Below, one piece after another: positions 39,153 to 49,216 of a DNA stretch of 64,000 bases (its first letter is position 1; each line of letters starts with the position of its first letter). The DNA is from Anaerocolumna sp. (lineage in GTDB: Bacteria; Bacillota; Clostridia; Lachnospirales; Lachnospiraceae). The position numbers and the translations under genes were made by a program. The notes beneath the pieces are model-generated. The model saw nothing but the letters and a program-made list of their open reading frames with translations. It was not told the DNA's origin and ran no database searches. The stretch is from positions 2,482 through 66,481 of the forward strand of contig JARBTX010000002.1 in assembly GCA_029239975.1 (NCBI GenBank), read 5' to 3'.

Positions 39153-40009
39153 TGAAAAAACAAAGTTCAATGAAAAGAAAAAGTTTTTTTAATAATTCAC
39201 TTGCGCACATTACATTAACAGTCCTTTCATTTATATGGCTGATACCAATTCTTTGGGTTATACTTACTTCTTTTCGTGCAGAATCAGGTTCTTACACACC
39301 ATATTTTTGGCCAAAATCATTTACATTAGATAACTATAAACTTTTATTTACAGATACACAGCAATTTTATTACTTTAAATGGTTTAAGAATACGTTATTC
39401 GTAGCTGTATTCTCCTGTTTAATCTCTACTTTTTATGTATTATCAATCTCATATACAATATCTAGATTAAGATTTAAAATGAGAAAACCATTTATGAATA
39501 TTGCTTTAATACTAGGTATGTTCCCTGGATTTATGTCCATGATTGCCGTGTATTATATATTAAAAGGTCTTGGAATGACTCAATCCTTATTAGCACTTAT
39601 TCTAGTATACTCAGGTGGTGCAGGTTTAGGCTTTTACATTGCAAAAGGATTTTTTGATACCATACCAAAATCCATTGATGAAGCGGCTTGGTTAGATGGT
39701 GCTTCAAAATGGTCTGTATTTACAAGAATAACAATACCTTTATCAAAGCCAATTATTATTTATACCATTTTAACTTCTTTCATGGCTCCATGGGCAGATT
39801 ATATTTTTGTAAGCGTTATTATGGGTGATAAATATAACAATTACACTGTTGCATTAGGACTATTTAAGATGTTAGAGCGTGAATTTATAACAACATGGTA
39901 CACGAGATTTGCAGCTGGTGCAGTTATTGTTTCTATTCCAATTGCATTATTGTTTATCTTCATGCAAAAATATTATGTTGAAGGTGTTTCTGGAGCTGTA
40001 AAGGGATAA
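39152..40009 (+). CDS. Maltodextrin ABC permease (MalG-like)
   Basis: KGFFDTIPKSIDEAAWLDGA, C-terminal GAVKG. Confidence 0.93.
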   Translation: MKKQSSMKRKSFFNNSLAHITLTVLSFIWLIPILWVILTSFRAESGSYTPYFWPKSFTLDNYKLLFTDTQQFYYFKWFKNTLFVAVFSCLISTFYVLSISYTISRLRFKMRKPFMNIALILGMFPGFMSMIAVYYILKGLGMTQSLLALILVYSGGAGLGFYIAKGFFDTIPKSIDEAAWLDGASKWSVFTRITIPLSKPIIIYTILTSFMAPWADYIFVSVIMGDKYNNYTVALGLFKMLEREFITTWYTRFAAGAVIVSIPIALLFIFMQKYYVEGVSGAVKG

Positions 40010-40143
40010 TATGTTAGGTTGGTTGTAATAATTTACAAGTTACGCGTTTTAGAACATATTATTGAAAAGCTAAATTTAAAAATAATTATAAGATATTTTA
40101 TAAATTAGTATTCATATATCAAATTAGTTAAATGACAAATTAT

Positions 40144-40195
40144 ACCGCGTAGTTTAGACAACTTAATGTAGAAGTCTTTTCTACGCGGTTTTGTT
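40144..40195 (+). terminator. Hairpin/terminator between the permease and amylase genes
   Basis: accgcgtag / ctacgcggt followed by tttgtt. Confidence 0.5.
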
Positions 40196-40233
40196 ACTCA
40201 AATCTACGTGATACGAACAGACAGGAGAAAGGC

Positions 40234-42021
40234 ATGAAACGTTTTTTAAAATTATTTAGTATTTTACTAGTTTTAATACTGGTTGCAAGCGGATGTAGTA
40301 AAAGCGATGTTAACAAAGGTAATACAGAGGCTGGGGATGTGAGTAAAAACCAGGCAGATGATAATAACTCTGATGAAAATGCAGAAAAACAAGAAGATTC
40401 TTTGAGTGAAACAGATGGTACAAATCAACCTGCAAGTGGAAGTGAAAACTTAGAGTTAGTAGACTATAAATACAATCAAGAATTAAATGTGATTGACGAT
40501 AATTATAGAACTTATTATGAAGTATTTCTATATTCCTTTTATGATAGTAACGGGGATGGAATAGGTGACATGAATGGCCTTATCTCGAAACTAGATTATA
40601 TCAATGATGGGGATCCAACGACAGATACTGACCTTGGGTTTAATGGAATCTGGTTAATGCCTATTATGCCATCGGACACCTATCATAAATATGATGTAAA
40701 AGATTATTATGGTATTGATGAACAATACGGTACCATAGATGATTTTAAACGTCTTATTGAAGAATGTAATAAGCGTGGTATCAAGGTAATTATAGATTTA
40801 GTGTTAAACCATTCATCAAGTAGTAATCCATGGTTTTTATCAGCAATTAAAAGTTTAAGTATAAAACCATGTGGACAAGAAGTTTGTACTCATGAAGAAT
40901 TATGCATCGATCACAATCCTTATATAAAATACTATAACTTTATAAAAGGAAATCCAAACAAGGATGGGTATTACAGTGCTGGAGTGGATGACTGGTATTA
41001 TGAAGGGGTATTTACTAACACAATGCCAGATCTTAATTTAGCTAATAAAGACTTAAGAAATGAAATAGAAAAAATCATGTCTTACTGGTTGGATCTAGGA
41101 GTAGGTGGATTCCGTCTTGATGCAGCTCTTCATTATTATAGCGACGATACAGATAAAAATAACGAAGTATTATCCTGGTTAAATAATTTTATTAAGAGTA
41201 AAAATGATCAAAATTACATGGTAGCAGAAATATGGACTAACTTTTCTAAATACTCTCAGTATTATGCAAGTGGAATTGACAGTGTGTTTGACTTTGCATT
41301 TGCTACAGAATCCGGAGTAATTACAAAAACCTTAAACCTTGCTGGAGTTGATAACTCCGGTAAGTCCTTTGGCAACGCTATGATCCAAGTACAAAATGGG
41401 CTTAAAAAATACAGTGATACAGCAATTGATGCACCATTTTTTACGAATCATGATACTGCAAGAGCATCTGGATATTTTTCTGGTAATGTAGATAAGATTA
41501 AAATGGCTGGTGGTATGAATCTACTTATGAATGGTAGTGCTTTTGTGTATTATGGTGAAGAAGTTGGTATGAGTGGAAGTGGAAAAGACGAGAATAAACG
41601 TGCCCCAATGTATTGGTCTTCTACAGATACTACAGGTATGACAGTAGGGCCAAAAAATATGGAAACAGTTACTCATAACTTTGGTACCGTAGAAGAACAG
41701 ATGAAGGATCCATTATCCATTTATAATTATTATAAAAGAGCTATCCGTTTGCGTAATGAAAATCCAGAAATTGCAAGAGGCGAAATCGTTCAAATGCCTG
41801 AAATTACAGATAGTGAGATTTGTGCCATTACAAAGACTTATAATGGAAGTACAATTGAGGTGATATATAACTTTGCGGAAGAAAGCAAAGAAGTTGCCAT
41901 AAGTAAAAGTACCTATGGTTATGAAAGCATAAGGGGATACTTATCTGTAAATGGAGAAGAAGTAACTTTAGATGGTGAAACCCTAACAATGCCGCCTTAT
42001 TCTGTGGTTGTGTTAAAGTAA
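40234..42021 (+). CDS. GH13 alpha-amylase-family lipoprotein
   Basis: Lipobox VASGC; DLVLNH, GFRLDAALH, VAEIW, FTNHD catalytic regions. Confidence 0.93.
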   Translation: MKRFLKLFSILLVLILVASGCSKSDVNKGNTEAGDVSKNQADDNNSDENAEKQEDSLSETDGTNQPASGSENLELVDYKYNQELNVIDDNYRTYYEVFLYSFYDSNGDGIGDMNGLISKLDYINDGDPTTDTDLGFNGIWLMPIMPSDTYHKYDVKDYYGIDEQYGTIDDFKRLIEECNKRGIKVIIDLVLNHSSSSNPWFLSAIKSLSIKPCGQEVCTHEELCIDHNPYIKYYNFIKGNPNKDGYYSAGVDDWYYEGVFTNTMPDLNLANKDLRNEIEKIMSYWLDLGVGGFRLDAALHYYSDDTDKNNEVLSWLNNFIKSKNDQNYMVAEIWTNFSKYSQYYASGIDSVFDFAFATESGVITKTLNLAGVDNSGKSFGNAMIQVQNGLKKYSDTAIDAPFFTNHDTARASGYFSGNVDKIKMAGGMNLLMNGSAFVYYGEEVGMSGSGKDENKRAPMYWSSTDTTGMTVGPKNMETVTHNFGTVEEQMKDPLSIYNYYKRAIRLRNENPEIARGEIVQMPEITDSEICAITKTYNGSTIEVIYNFAEESKEVAISKSTYGYESIRGYLSVNGEEVTLDGETLTMPPYSVVVLK

Positions 42022-42094
42022 CAATAAAAGATACATGTATTAAGTGACTTATTAAAATTATTAAATAGGTCAAGGAATATAATGAAATATGTAT

Positions 42095-42297
42095 AGTTAT
42101 TAAATTAGTTATTAGATTAGTTATTAAATTAGCTATAAAATTAGCTATTAAATAAGCTATTAAATTAGTTATTAGATTAGTTATTAAATTAGCTATTAAA
42201 TTAATTATAAAATTAGTTATTAAATTATCTTTTAAATTAACTATTAAATAAGTTATTAAGTTAGCTATTATATAAGCTATTAAGCAAGTTATTTAAT
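42095..42297. repeat. Degenerate 12-bp tandem array (~17 copies), consensus AG(T/C)TATTAAATT
   Basis: Directly visible, constant period, no spacers. Confidence 0.9.
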
Positions 42298-42338
42298 ATA
42301 AACGCTATATGAAATGATAGTTAAAAATAATTATATAA

Positions 42339-42408
42339 AAAAAAGGCTATTATAAGGTTATACTTAACTACATTCAAAGTTATGTAAGCCTTTATAATAG
42401 CCTTTTTT
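42339..42408. terminator. Bidirectional terminator
   Basis: aaaaaaggctattataa / ttataatagcctttttt between convergent genes. Confidence 0.8.
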
Positions 42409-42496
42409 GATTATAAAATTGTTATGCTTTGGAATAGACTTAATGTTATCCTGGTTAAAAATTGACATATACTTGTTAAAACACTTATATAAATAT

Positions 42497-42718
42497 TTAT
42501 ATGGTGGAAAGATCATTATCCATTTCTTTTGCTTGTTTTAAAAGGAATTTATATCTTTTTTGTACTGCGTTTACTTCATAAATATAACAGTCAATTAAAT
42601 CAGGATCGATAACATTTTCAAAGTTTGAATAGGCTGATTCCAGAGCAATCTTTGTTTTTTTAATTTCATTGAGCAAAACATCATGCTGCGGGTTTTTCTT
42701 CTTTGAAAATAACTTCAT
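42497..42718 (-). CDS. YaaL/DUF2508-family protein
   Basis: FENVIDPDLIDCYIYEVNA...RYKFLL motif; RBS ggag; next to bofA. Confidence 0.85.
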   Translation of the reverse strand: MKLFSKKKNPQHDVLLNEIKKTKIALESAYSNFENVIDPDLIDCYIYEVNAVQKRYKFLLKQAKEMDNDLSTI

Positions 42719-42840
42719 TCATGCTCCATTCTGCCAAATAGGCTTATACAAAATATATTTTTGTTTATAGTATAGTCAAACACCATTTAGAATATACTAC
42801 ATTATATAGAAAAATTTACCTAAATTTCGAAAGGAGACAT

Positions 42841-43116
42841 ATGGAAAGCACTATTTTTGTTATTATAATTATAATTTGTGTTGCATTAATATTATTTGGA
42901 GTAATCAAACACAGATTTGACCTAATAGTTAATTTTGGACTTCGAATTTTTGCAGGCCTACTTGGAATATATCTTCTTAATACGTTATTTGATAGTATTG
43001 GAGTTGCAATTATTGCTGGGACGAATTGCTTTAATGCTTTAGTGGTAGGGTTATTAGGGGTACCAGGGTTTTTATTGGTATTTGGTGTTGCTACATATTT
43101 TTATTTTGTGAAGTAG
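42841..43116 (+). CDS. bofA: Pro-sigmaK processing inhibitor BofA-family protein
   Basis: Small hydrophobic protein, N..NALVVGLLGVPG motif; RBS gaaaggag. Confidence 0.85.
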   Translation: MESTIFVIIIIICVALILFGVIKHRFDLIVNFGLRIFAGLLGIYLLNTLFDSIGVAIIAGTNCFNALVVGLLGVPGFLLVFGVATYFYFVK

Positions 43117-43344
43117 TAGAGTGACTTAAGTTTGAAAGTAGGTTAGATAATATATATATCAATTTTAACCAGCTTAAATGATAATATGATTATGTACATG
43201 TATTTTAAGTACATTTACATTATAGAAAATAGAATGTGAAAAAGAGTTATGTTGTGATATAAAAATATAGTATCGTTGTAATATCAATCAACTAGTAATA
43301 GATTATATGTGGAAAATTTATACCCAATTCATTGGAATACATCT

Positions 43345-43395
43345 TGATTTTAACCCCTTTTGTTGACTGTTTGTCTAACAATAGGGGTCATTTCA
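43345..43395. mobile_element. Internally deleted IS3-family (IS150-like) relic with both ends abutted
   Basis: TG...CA; left tgattttaaccccttttgttgac versus reverse complement of right end tgaaatgacccctattgttagac. Confidence 0.5.
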
Positions 43396-43671
43396 TTTAT
43401 GTAGTTTTTGATAACAACACTTGTTTTTATGTAGTAATCATAAAATGTAAAAGGGTACATTGTATTAATCATATTCTAAATAATACCTTTTTAGGAACGG
43501 TTACAAAAGTAGATTCTCGTTTTACAACTCACCGACGTTTAGAAGGAAGATAAAAAATATATTGTCACCTGTAAATATTTATCTTAAAATAATATTATAT
43601 AGAACAAAATGGAATACTATATACCTTGTATTTAATAGAAATATAATTAGCGAATATAAATAAAAATTTAA

Positions 43672-44088
43672 AAAGGAGTACCAACTCTTAAAAAAGGAGT
43701 TGGTAAAGTTGTTATAAAGATAACAGGTAAAACTGATGATGTACCGAAGGTTCCAAATAAACCCATTAAGGGAACGAGTAAAGGTATCATCCCAAAATTT
43801 GATGATACAGCTGTAAAGATTGAACATATTTTCTCTAAAGACCATATAAAGAACGGTATAATGGATTTAGGAAAAGACCAAAATGATATACTAGATTCAT
43901 TCAAATAAGTAGTTTATTCTGTAGATAACAAGGGTCTATTAAAGGAAGGTAAGAATGAAATCAGAACAAATATAAACGGTCTAGAATCAGATATCAGGGT
44001 ATTTGTAAAAGATGGATAAGTGTTGAATATGGACGGTTTTAAAGGGTATTCAACTCGTAACATTGGTAATTCCATAATTTGGCCATAA
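43672..44088 (+). pseudogene. Polymorphic toxin C-terminal domain relic (Ntox35-like, tentative) with two in-frame stops
   Basis: One frame reads ..KIEHIFSKDHIKNGIMDLGK..FK*..LKEGKNEIRTNING..IRVFVKDG*VLNMDGFKGYSTRNIGN..WP*; TAA at 43906 and 44017; no start codon. Confidence 0.65.
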
Positions 44089-44101
44089 AGAGGGTGAGAT
44101 A

Positions 44102-44740
44102 TTGACAGATTTAATAAAAGATATTCTTGATTTAAGTAAGACAAACGATGTAGAGAAGCTTGAGATATTAATTGAAAGCAGGTTGGAGCATGAACCATAT
44201 AACTGCGATTTATGGTTAAGATTAGCTGTTTTAGAACTTGCACCTCCTATTTCAGACTATTATAAAAGCGTTGATTCAATAAAAAAGGTACTTTCAAATA
44301 AAAATAATGCTACTGCTGCGCTACTTCTTGCATATGTTAACTATTATTGTCTAGGTGGCGTTGATGATGAATTGTTAAATAACATAAAGATAGCAGTGCC
44401 AGATAATGTTGAGTTTAGATCGATGCTAAAGTATGCAGAATCATGGTTCTATGATGGGAAAGATAGTAAGATGCAAGAAGCATGTCTTAGAGAATCAATA
44501 GAAATTTATAATGGTCATGTTTGGAATAACTACTATCTCGCGAAGTTGTATTTCGTTGATGGTAAAGAAGTAGAAGGGAAAGTGTTAATTAATAAAGCAT
44601 TAGAGAATGTCGTAACGGTATACTCTGATGAGAGTTATGAATATGATATTACAAGTGTTGATGAGTTTATAAATGAACACATAAAAGGTATTTGCCTAAC
44701 TCAAGAAAACTATGAATCAATTAAAAATCCAAATCTCTAA
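44102..44740 (+). CDS. Acidic helical/TPR-like protein, probable immunity protein
   Basis: TTG start with RBS agggtgag just after the toxin-relic stop. Confidence 0.65.
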   Translation: MTDLIKDILDLSKTNDVEKLEILIESRLEHEPYNCDLWLRLAVLELAPPISDYYKSVDSIKKVLSNKNNATAALLLAYVNYYCLGGVDDELLNNIKIAVPDNVEFRSMLKYAESWFYDGKDSKMQEACLRESIEIYNGHVWNNYYLAKLYFVDGKEVEGKVLINKALENVVTVYSDESYEYDITSVDEFINEHIKGICLTQENYESIKNPNL

Positions 44741-44855
44741 TCACTAAAAAACCATTAAAAGTATACAACTTAAAATATCTGATTGGCATACATACTTTGT
44801 TACTAATAGTAATATTTTAGTTCACAATGATTGCTTTGATGTTGCGACTGTTCGT

Positions 44856-45093
44856 ATGACAGCAAAAGATTCAGCAGAATCGTTTGGCTTTGTATAAGTT
44901 TCTAAATTAACAAAAAAGAAAGGAAGAGATGTGTATCGTGACCCCAAAACAGGTAATTTATATGCAGTAGATTCACAACATGGCACATTTGAAGTAACAA
45001 ATGCCCATGGGCAGTATCAAGGAGAATTTAATTTTAATCGTATACAAACAAAGACAGCTAACAATCAGGTGACATGATTATACTATGAAGTAA
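44856..45093 (+). pseudogene. Colicin E3-like RNase toxin domain relic
   Basis: YAVDSQHGTFEV...G.YQGEF resembles colicin E3 DSQHGELE; stop at 44895 and frameshifted end (..SG/HDYTMK*). Confidence 0.7.
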
Positions 45094-45106
45094 GGAGTGA
45101 TAAAAG

Positions 45107-45652
45107 GTGCATAAAATAACAGAAGGAATTATAGAGAGAATATATATACATGGCGATGTAAGTTTTTTTAAAGATAAATGTAAGGAAACAGTTAATATTT
45201 TAGAAAATTTATATGATATATTAAAGTTATCAAATTTATCATACATAGAAGAGAATTTGGCTAATGCACCTGCTCTAAGATGGTGGATATATTATAATAA
45301 AGTTGAAAAAGGGGATTTTAAAGTTACTTATAGAACTGTATTACTGATATCTAAAATAGCTCCTCTGTTTTACATTCAACATGAGTTTGAAGTAGAAAAT
45401 AAAGATGATGAAGCAATGGCACCCGTATTAGATGGGTTCGATACACAACCATACTCAAAGAATCAAGCGCAGCTGGAAGATAAAATTGTAAATCTATTGA
45501 AAAATAGTGGATATGTTAAACTGACCTATACAGAGATGAATGAAATTATACCTTACCTTTGTTTTCCGAAGGATGTAGATGTTTTCGGATTGCAAGTGTC
45601 CGTTGAGGATCTTCTGTTTAACGATATAATGAATATTTTAGAAGAGAACTAG
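45107..45652 (+). CDS. Acidic hypothetical protein, probable immunity protein
   Basis: GTG start with RBS aaggagtga right after the toxin relic. Confidence 0.65.
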   Translation: MHKITEGIIERIYIHGDVSFFKDKCKETVNILENLYDILKLSNLSYIEENLANAPALRWWIYYNKVEKGDFKVTYRTVLLISKIAPLFYIQHEFEVENKDDEAMAPVLDGFDTQPYSKNQAQLEDKIVNLLKNSGYVKLTYTEMNEIIPYLCFPKDVDVFGLQVSVEDLLFNDIMNILEEN

Positions 45653-45769
45653 TCAAAGTGATATTAAAGAAATATAAAGTCACTAAATACATATTATTGA
45701 TAATGAAGTCAGATGTTACAAAAGTAAAAATCAAATATATATCATTGTAATAAGGAAGGATTATAAGTA

Positions 45770-46153
45770 GTGAGTTATGGGTTTTTAAGTTTTCCAATAT
45801 GGATAAGCATGTGTTTACTAATAAGCATTCTCTTGATATACATAAGTATCAAAAGAAGCAAAATTGATCGGAAAGCATTATTAATTACATATTTTATGAT
45901 TGCTACAGGTACTTTATTAGTTGCACTATCTAGAATTATTAAGGAAGTTTTTGTGCAGTTTAAAAAATTGAATTCGTATATTTCTAACACAATAATAGTA
46001 TTGTTAATACTTATTTTTTTAAATTTAATATACATGGGATTCACGAATACTGGTAATGAGCATTCTAAAAAATTGTTTAAAATTGCATTATTACTTGTAG
46101 TATTATCTGTAGTGCCATTGGGAGTATGGATTTTAGTAGAGTTATTTATATAA
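45770..46153 (+). CDS. Four-TM membrane protein, possible orphan immunity protein
   Basis: RBS aaggaagga, four hydrophobic segments. Confidence 0.6.
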   Translation: MSYGFLSFPIWISMCLLISILLIYISIKRSKIDRKALLITYFMIATGTLLVALSRIIKEVFVQFKKLNSYISNTIIVLLILIFLNLIYMGFTNTGNEHSKKLFKIALLLVVLSVVPLGVWILVELFI

Positions 46154-46174
46154 AAAAGTATTATTAATAAAAAC

Positions 46175-46290
46175 ACCTATGATAAGTTTGGAAGACTATC
46201 AAAGGTATCAGTAGGGTATGAGTAAAATATAAATATTATCGTAGTGGTAGGCAAATAGTGTTATATATCCAGATGGAACAACTACGTTAA
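46175..46290 (+). pseudogene. Degenerate RHS/YD-repeat fragment
   Basis: Adjacent frames read TYDKFGRLSKV, KYKYYRSGR, SVIYPDGTTT. Confidence 0.5.
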
Positions 46291-46469
46291 AGCAACTATG
46301 AGAGATAGAGTAAGTTGGAGACATTAGTGATGTAAAAGTTAGATTTACAGTTTTTGTTTGGGCTAAATGTTTATGACATATAGTGAAATTACAAGGACTA
46401 TGATGTGGAAGGTTAAGGATATAAACAATACTATGAAGATTACTAACAAACATACAGGGAGGTAATCAA

Positions 46470-46973
46470 ATGAAAAGAGTGGGAAATCTCCCAGAAAAGA
46501 AATTAATGCAGTATATTGTACTACTAATATTCATTTCAGCAGTAGCTATCATGCTTTATAGTATATTAGATAAAGGAAATGGAAACGTGAATACTAATAA
46601 AGATGAAATAAGAACGGATAAAGAACCTATAAGTAGTCGGTTTCCAAATTTAGGAGAATTTAATAATTGCTATTGGAAAGCAGATATACTAGATGAAAAT
46701 AATAGGGTATCTGTTCCGGGTCCATCTTCCTACTGGATGAAGGGCTTTATAGTTCTAAACAGTAAAGAAGTTAATTCATTAAAGAATGAATTAAAGTGGT
46801 CTGATGTTAAGAGTAATTGGAAGCCTTCACTGGATACAAATATTTTAAATTTAAAAACGTTCAAATGGTCATATAGTGAGGATTTTAATAACTATATTAT
46901 GTCAGCGAGTTATGTTGGTAAGTTCTATATGGATTTAGAAAATGGGATTGTATTCTTTGATGTTCAAAAGTAA
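46470..46973 (+). CDS. Membrane-anchored/secreted hypothetical protein
   Basis: RBS gggaggt, N-terminal TM segment, conserved-looking VPGPSSYW.KGFI. Confidence 0.75.
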   Translation: MKRVGNLPEKKLMQYIVLLIFISAVAIMLYSILDKGNGNVNTNKDEIRTDKEPISSRFPNLGEFNNCYWKADILDENNRVSVPGPSSYWMKGFIVLNSKEVNSLKNELKWSDVKSNWKPSLDTNILNLKTFKWSYSEDFNNYIMSASYVGKFYMDLENGIVFFDVQK

Positions 46974-47376
46974 AGTTCATATATCTGAGTAACTATATAA
47001 ATAAATATGAGATAAGAAACGACGACTTAAGTAAGAAGATGGTAATAGACATTTTGTTTACTGGTTTGCTTGAAAAGTTCATGCAAGTAGTAGTCAATAT
47101 GAGATAACCTCAAGAAATACATTCATCATATAGAACAGCCCGTATTTATGTGAATGGGGGAATAAAAAGTGAATATAGTTATGTCTGTAATCATCATACT
47201 TATAGTTTCATTCATTGGTCGATTTACATAACTTTTTATAAAAACTTTGTATATAAATACGCACTTGAAACTGAAATTAACTATTCATGTAACTTTTTTA
47301 GGCATGTAATACTAAATAAAAATAGTTTCATAAGTTTGTAAGATATCATGAATTTACAAAATATGTTTTTTGTTTA

Positions 47377-47406
47377 TTGACATTTACAGGAAACCAGGTG
47401 TAAGAT
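47377..47406 (+). promoter_or_regulatory. Putative sigmaA promoter of the tad locus
   Basis: TTGACA(47377)-18-TAAGAT(47401). Confidence 0.5.
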
Positions 47407-47430
47407 ATCAATATATAAAAAATCTGTGAG

Positions 47431-47976
47431 GTGAAACTTATTTCTATCAAATTAGTTTGCCTTGTCTTTCTTTTATCACTTGCTGCTTACAAAGATTTAG
47501 CATCTTATAAAATCAAAAATCAACTCATTTACCTTGGATTATTGCTAGGAATCTTATTTTGTACATATGAGAATGGATGGACAGGCATTTTATTAGGTAT
47601 TAGCGGTGCAATTGTACCAATTTTAATATTGTTTCCTTTATTTCTATTTAAAGTACTAGGAGCAGGAGATATCAAATTATTTTCTGTAGTAGGTTGTTTT
47701 TATGGTGTTACTTATGTAACTCATCTAATTTGGATCGCTTTCATTATAGCAGCTGTTATTTCTGCAATACATCTTATAAAGCATAAAAATATGTTTTTCA
47801 GGTTACAAGTTCTTGTAAATTATATTCAAACAATAAGCAAAAACAAAGTTTCATCAAGGGTTGGTAAAAAAATAGTACCATATTATGATATAAAAAAGGA
47901 TGGTTATGAAGGTGTTATTCATTTTTCACCTGCTATTTTATTAGCCGTTTTAACAGTAACGTTTATATTAAATTAA
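47431..47976 (+). CDS. Prepilin peptidase (A24, CpaA/TadV-like)
   Basis: YKDLASYKIKN and LGAGDIKL aspartate motifs. Confidence 0.9.
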   Translation: MKLISIKLVCLVFLLSLAAYKDLASYKIKNQLIYLGLLLGILFCTYENGWTGILLGISGAIVPILILFPLFLFKVLGAGDIKLFSVVGCFYGVTYVTHLIWIAFIIAAVISAIHLIKHKNMFFRLQVLVNYIQTISKNKVSSRVGKKIVPYYDIKKDGYEGVIHFSPAILLAVLTVTFILN

Positions 47977-47995
47977 TAAAGAGTGGAGGGGTTAT

Positions 47996-49000
47996 GTGGA
48001 TTGTAACCTAGCAATTTATGATAACGAAGCAGAGTATGCAAATCAATTAATGGAATATATGAAACGTAAGCAGAGTTTGATGAAACAGATTCGTGTTTTT
48101 ACCAATGAGCTAAGCTTAAAAGAGTATTTAGAGCACAACACCATAACGATTCTACTTATGAATGAAACACTGAAGGTAGAAGAGATAAAACATGAAAACA
48201 TTAAAAATATCTGTACATTGTCTGAAAATAACAAAGAGCCTTTATATCATGAGTATCCTACTATCTATAAATTTCAATCTGCTGATTCAATCATTCAAAA
48301 TTTATTTTCTCTTTACCCAGGTATTTTAAAAAGTAATAGACCTAATATAGAATCCAATCAAAATGTTAAAATAGTTTGTTTCTTTTCCTTAACAAATGAT
48401 ATCTATAGACAAGTATTAGCATTGTCATTCGCAAAGCATTACTCTGATAAGAAAAAAACGTTATATATCAATCTAGACCTCTTTCAAGCTTTACCCAAAA
48501 TGCTAAATCAGATGGCAGAAAAGGGTTTATCTGAGTTTATTTATTATCTAAAACAACATACACCTAATCTACATAAAAAAATGAAAGCATTGGTTACAAG
48601 TATAGATCAGCTAGATTATTTACAAGGGGTATCCTTTGGCACTGATATATACGAAATAACTGGAGAAGATATGCAGGATTGGATTTCTGAGCTTAAAACG
48701 ATATCTGAATATGAAGTCATCGTCTTTGACATGGGAAATTATTATCCAAGTACTATGGAATTATTTAAAGAAAGCAATCAGATTGTATTCTCACTTGGCG
48801 AAAGTAAATGGGAAAAGGCAAAGTATGATAATTTTGTTGAACAATTTAATTGGGCTAGGTTAGAAGATATACTAGAAAAAATCCATATTATAACTATACC
48901 AGCGAAAGAACAAATTAAACTCTCTAATATAAGCCCTTATGAAATAATAGAGGATGGATATAAAGGGATATTTGAAACTTATATGAAGGATTTAAGTTAG
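47996..49000 (+). CDS. CpaE/TadZ-like protein (receiver-like domain plus degenerate MinD/ParA domain)
   Basis: N-terminal LAIYDNE; KTLYINLD, GLSEFIYY, YEVIVFDMG; no intact Walker A. Confidence 0.7.
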   Translation: MDCNLAIYDNEAEYANQLMEYMKRKQSLMKQIRVFTNELSLKEYLEHNTITILLMNETLKVEEIKHENIKNICTLSENNKEPLYHEYPTIYKFQSADSIIQNLFSLYPGILKSNRPNIESNQNVKIVCFFSLTNDIYRQVLALSFAKHYSDKKKTLYINLDLFQALPKMLNQMAEKGLSEFIYYLKQHTPNLHKKMKALVTSIDQLDYLQGVSFGTDIYEITGEDMQDWISELKTISEYEVIVFDMGNYYPSTMELFKESNQIVFSLGESKWEKAKYDNFVEQFNWARLEDILEKIHIITIPAKEQIKLSNISPYEIIEDGYKGIFETYMKDLS

Positions 49001-49216
49001 TAAATTACCAAACTATATAGCTTATCAAATTTATTATATAATTTGAATCTTTAGCGTTAGTTACTCTATAGAGCAAGAGCAAGACTTAACTATAAAATTG
49101 TTTAAATAGTATGATAAATAAATATATCTTTGATATATTTGATATTTCACAATTGGTTATGAAGGATAGGGTACTTAGATAAAAGGGGGGAGAATAATAT
49201 TTTACACAAACAAGAA

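Noticed and set aside
43332-44243. ORFs 43332-43553, 43579-43845, 43668-43904 and 43914-44243
   Set aside because: No convincing RBS or motif; the region is better explained by the IS relic and the + strand toxin pseudogene
47000-47430. c-di-GMP riboswitch upstream of the pilus or flagellar genes
   Set aside because: No GEMM-type paired hairpins with the expected conserved motifs seen
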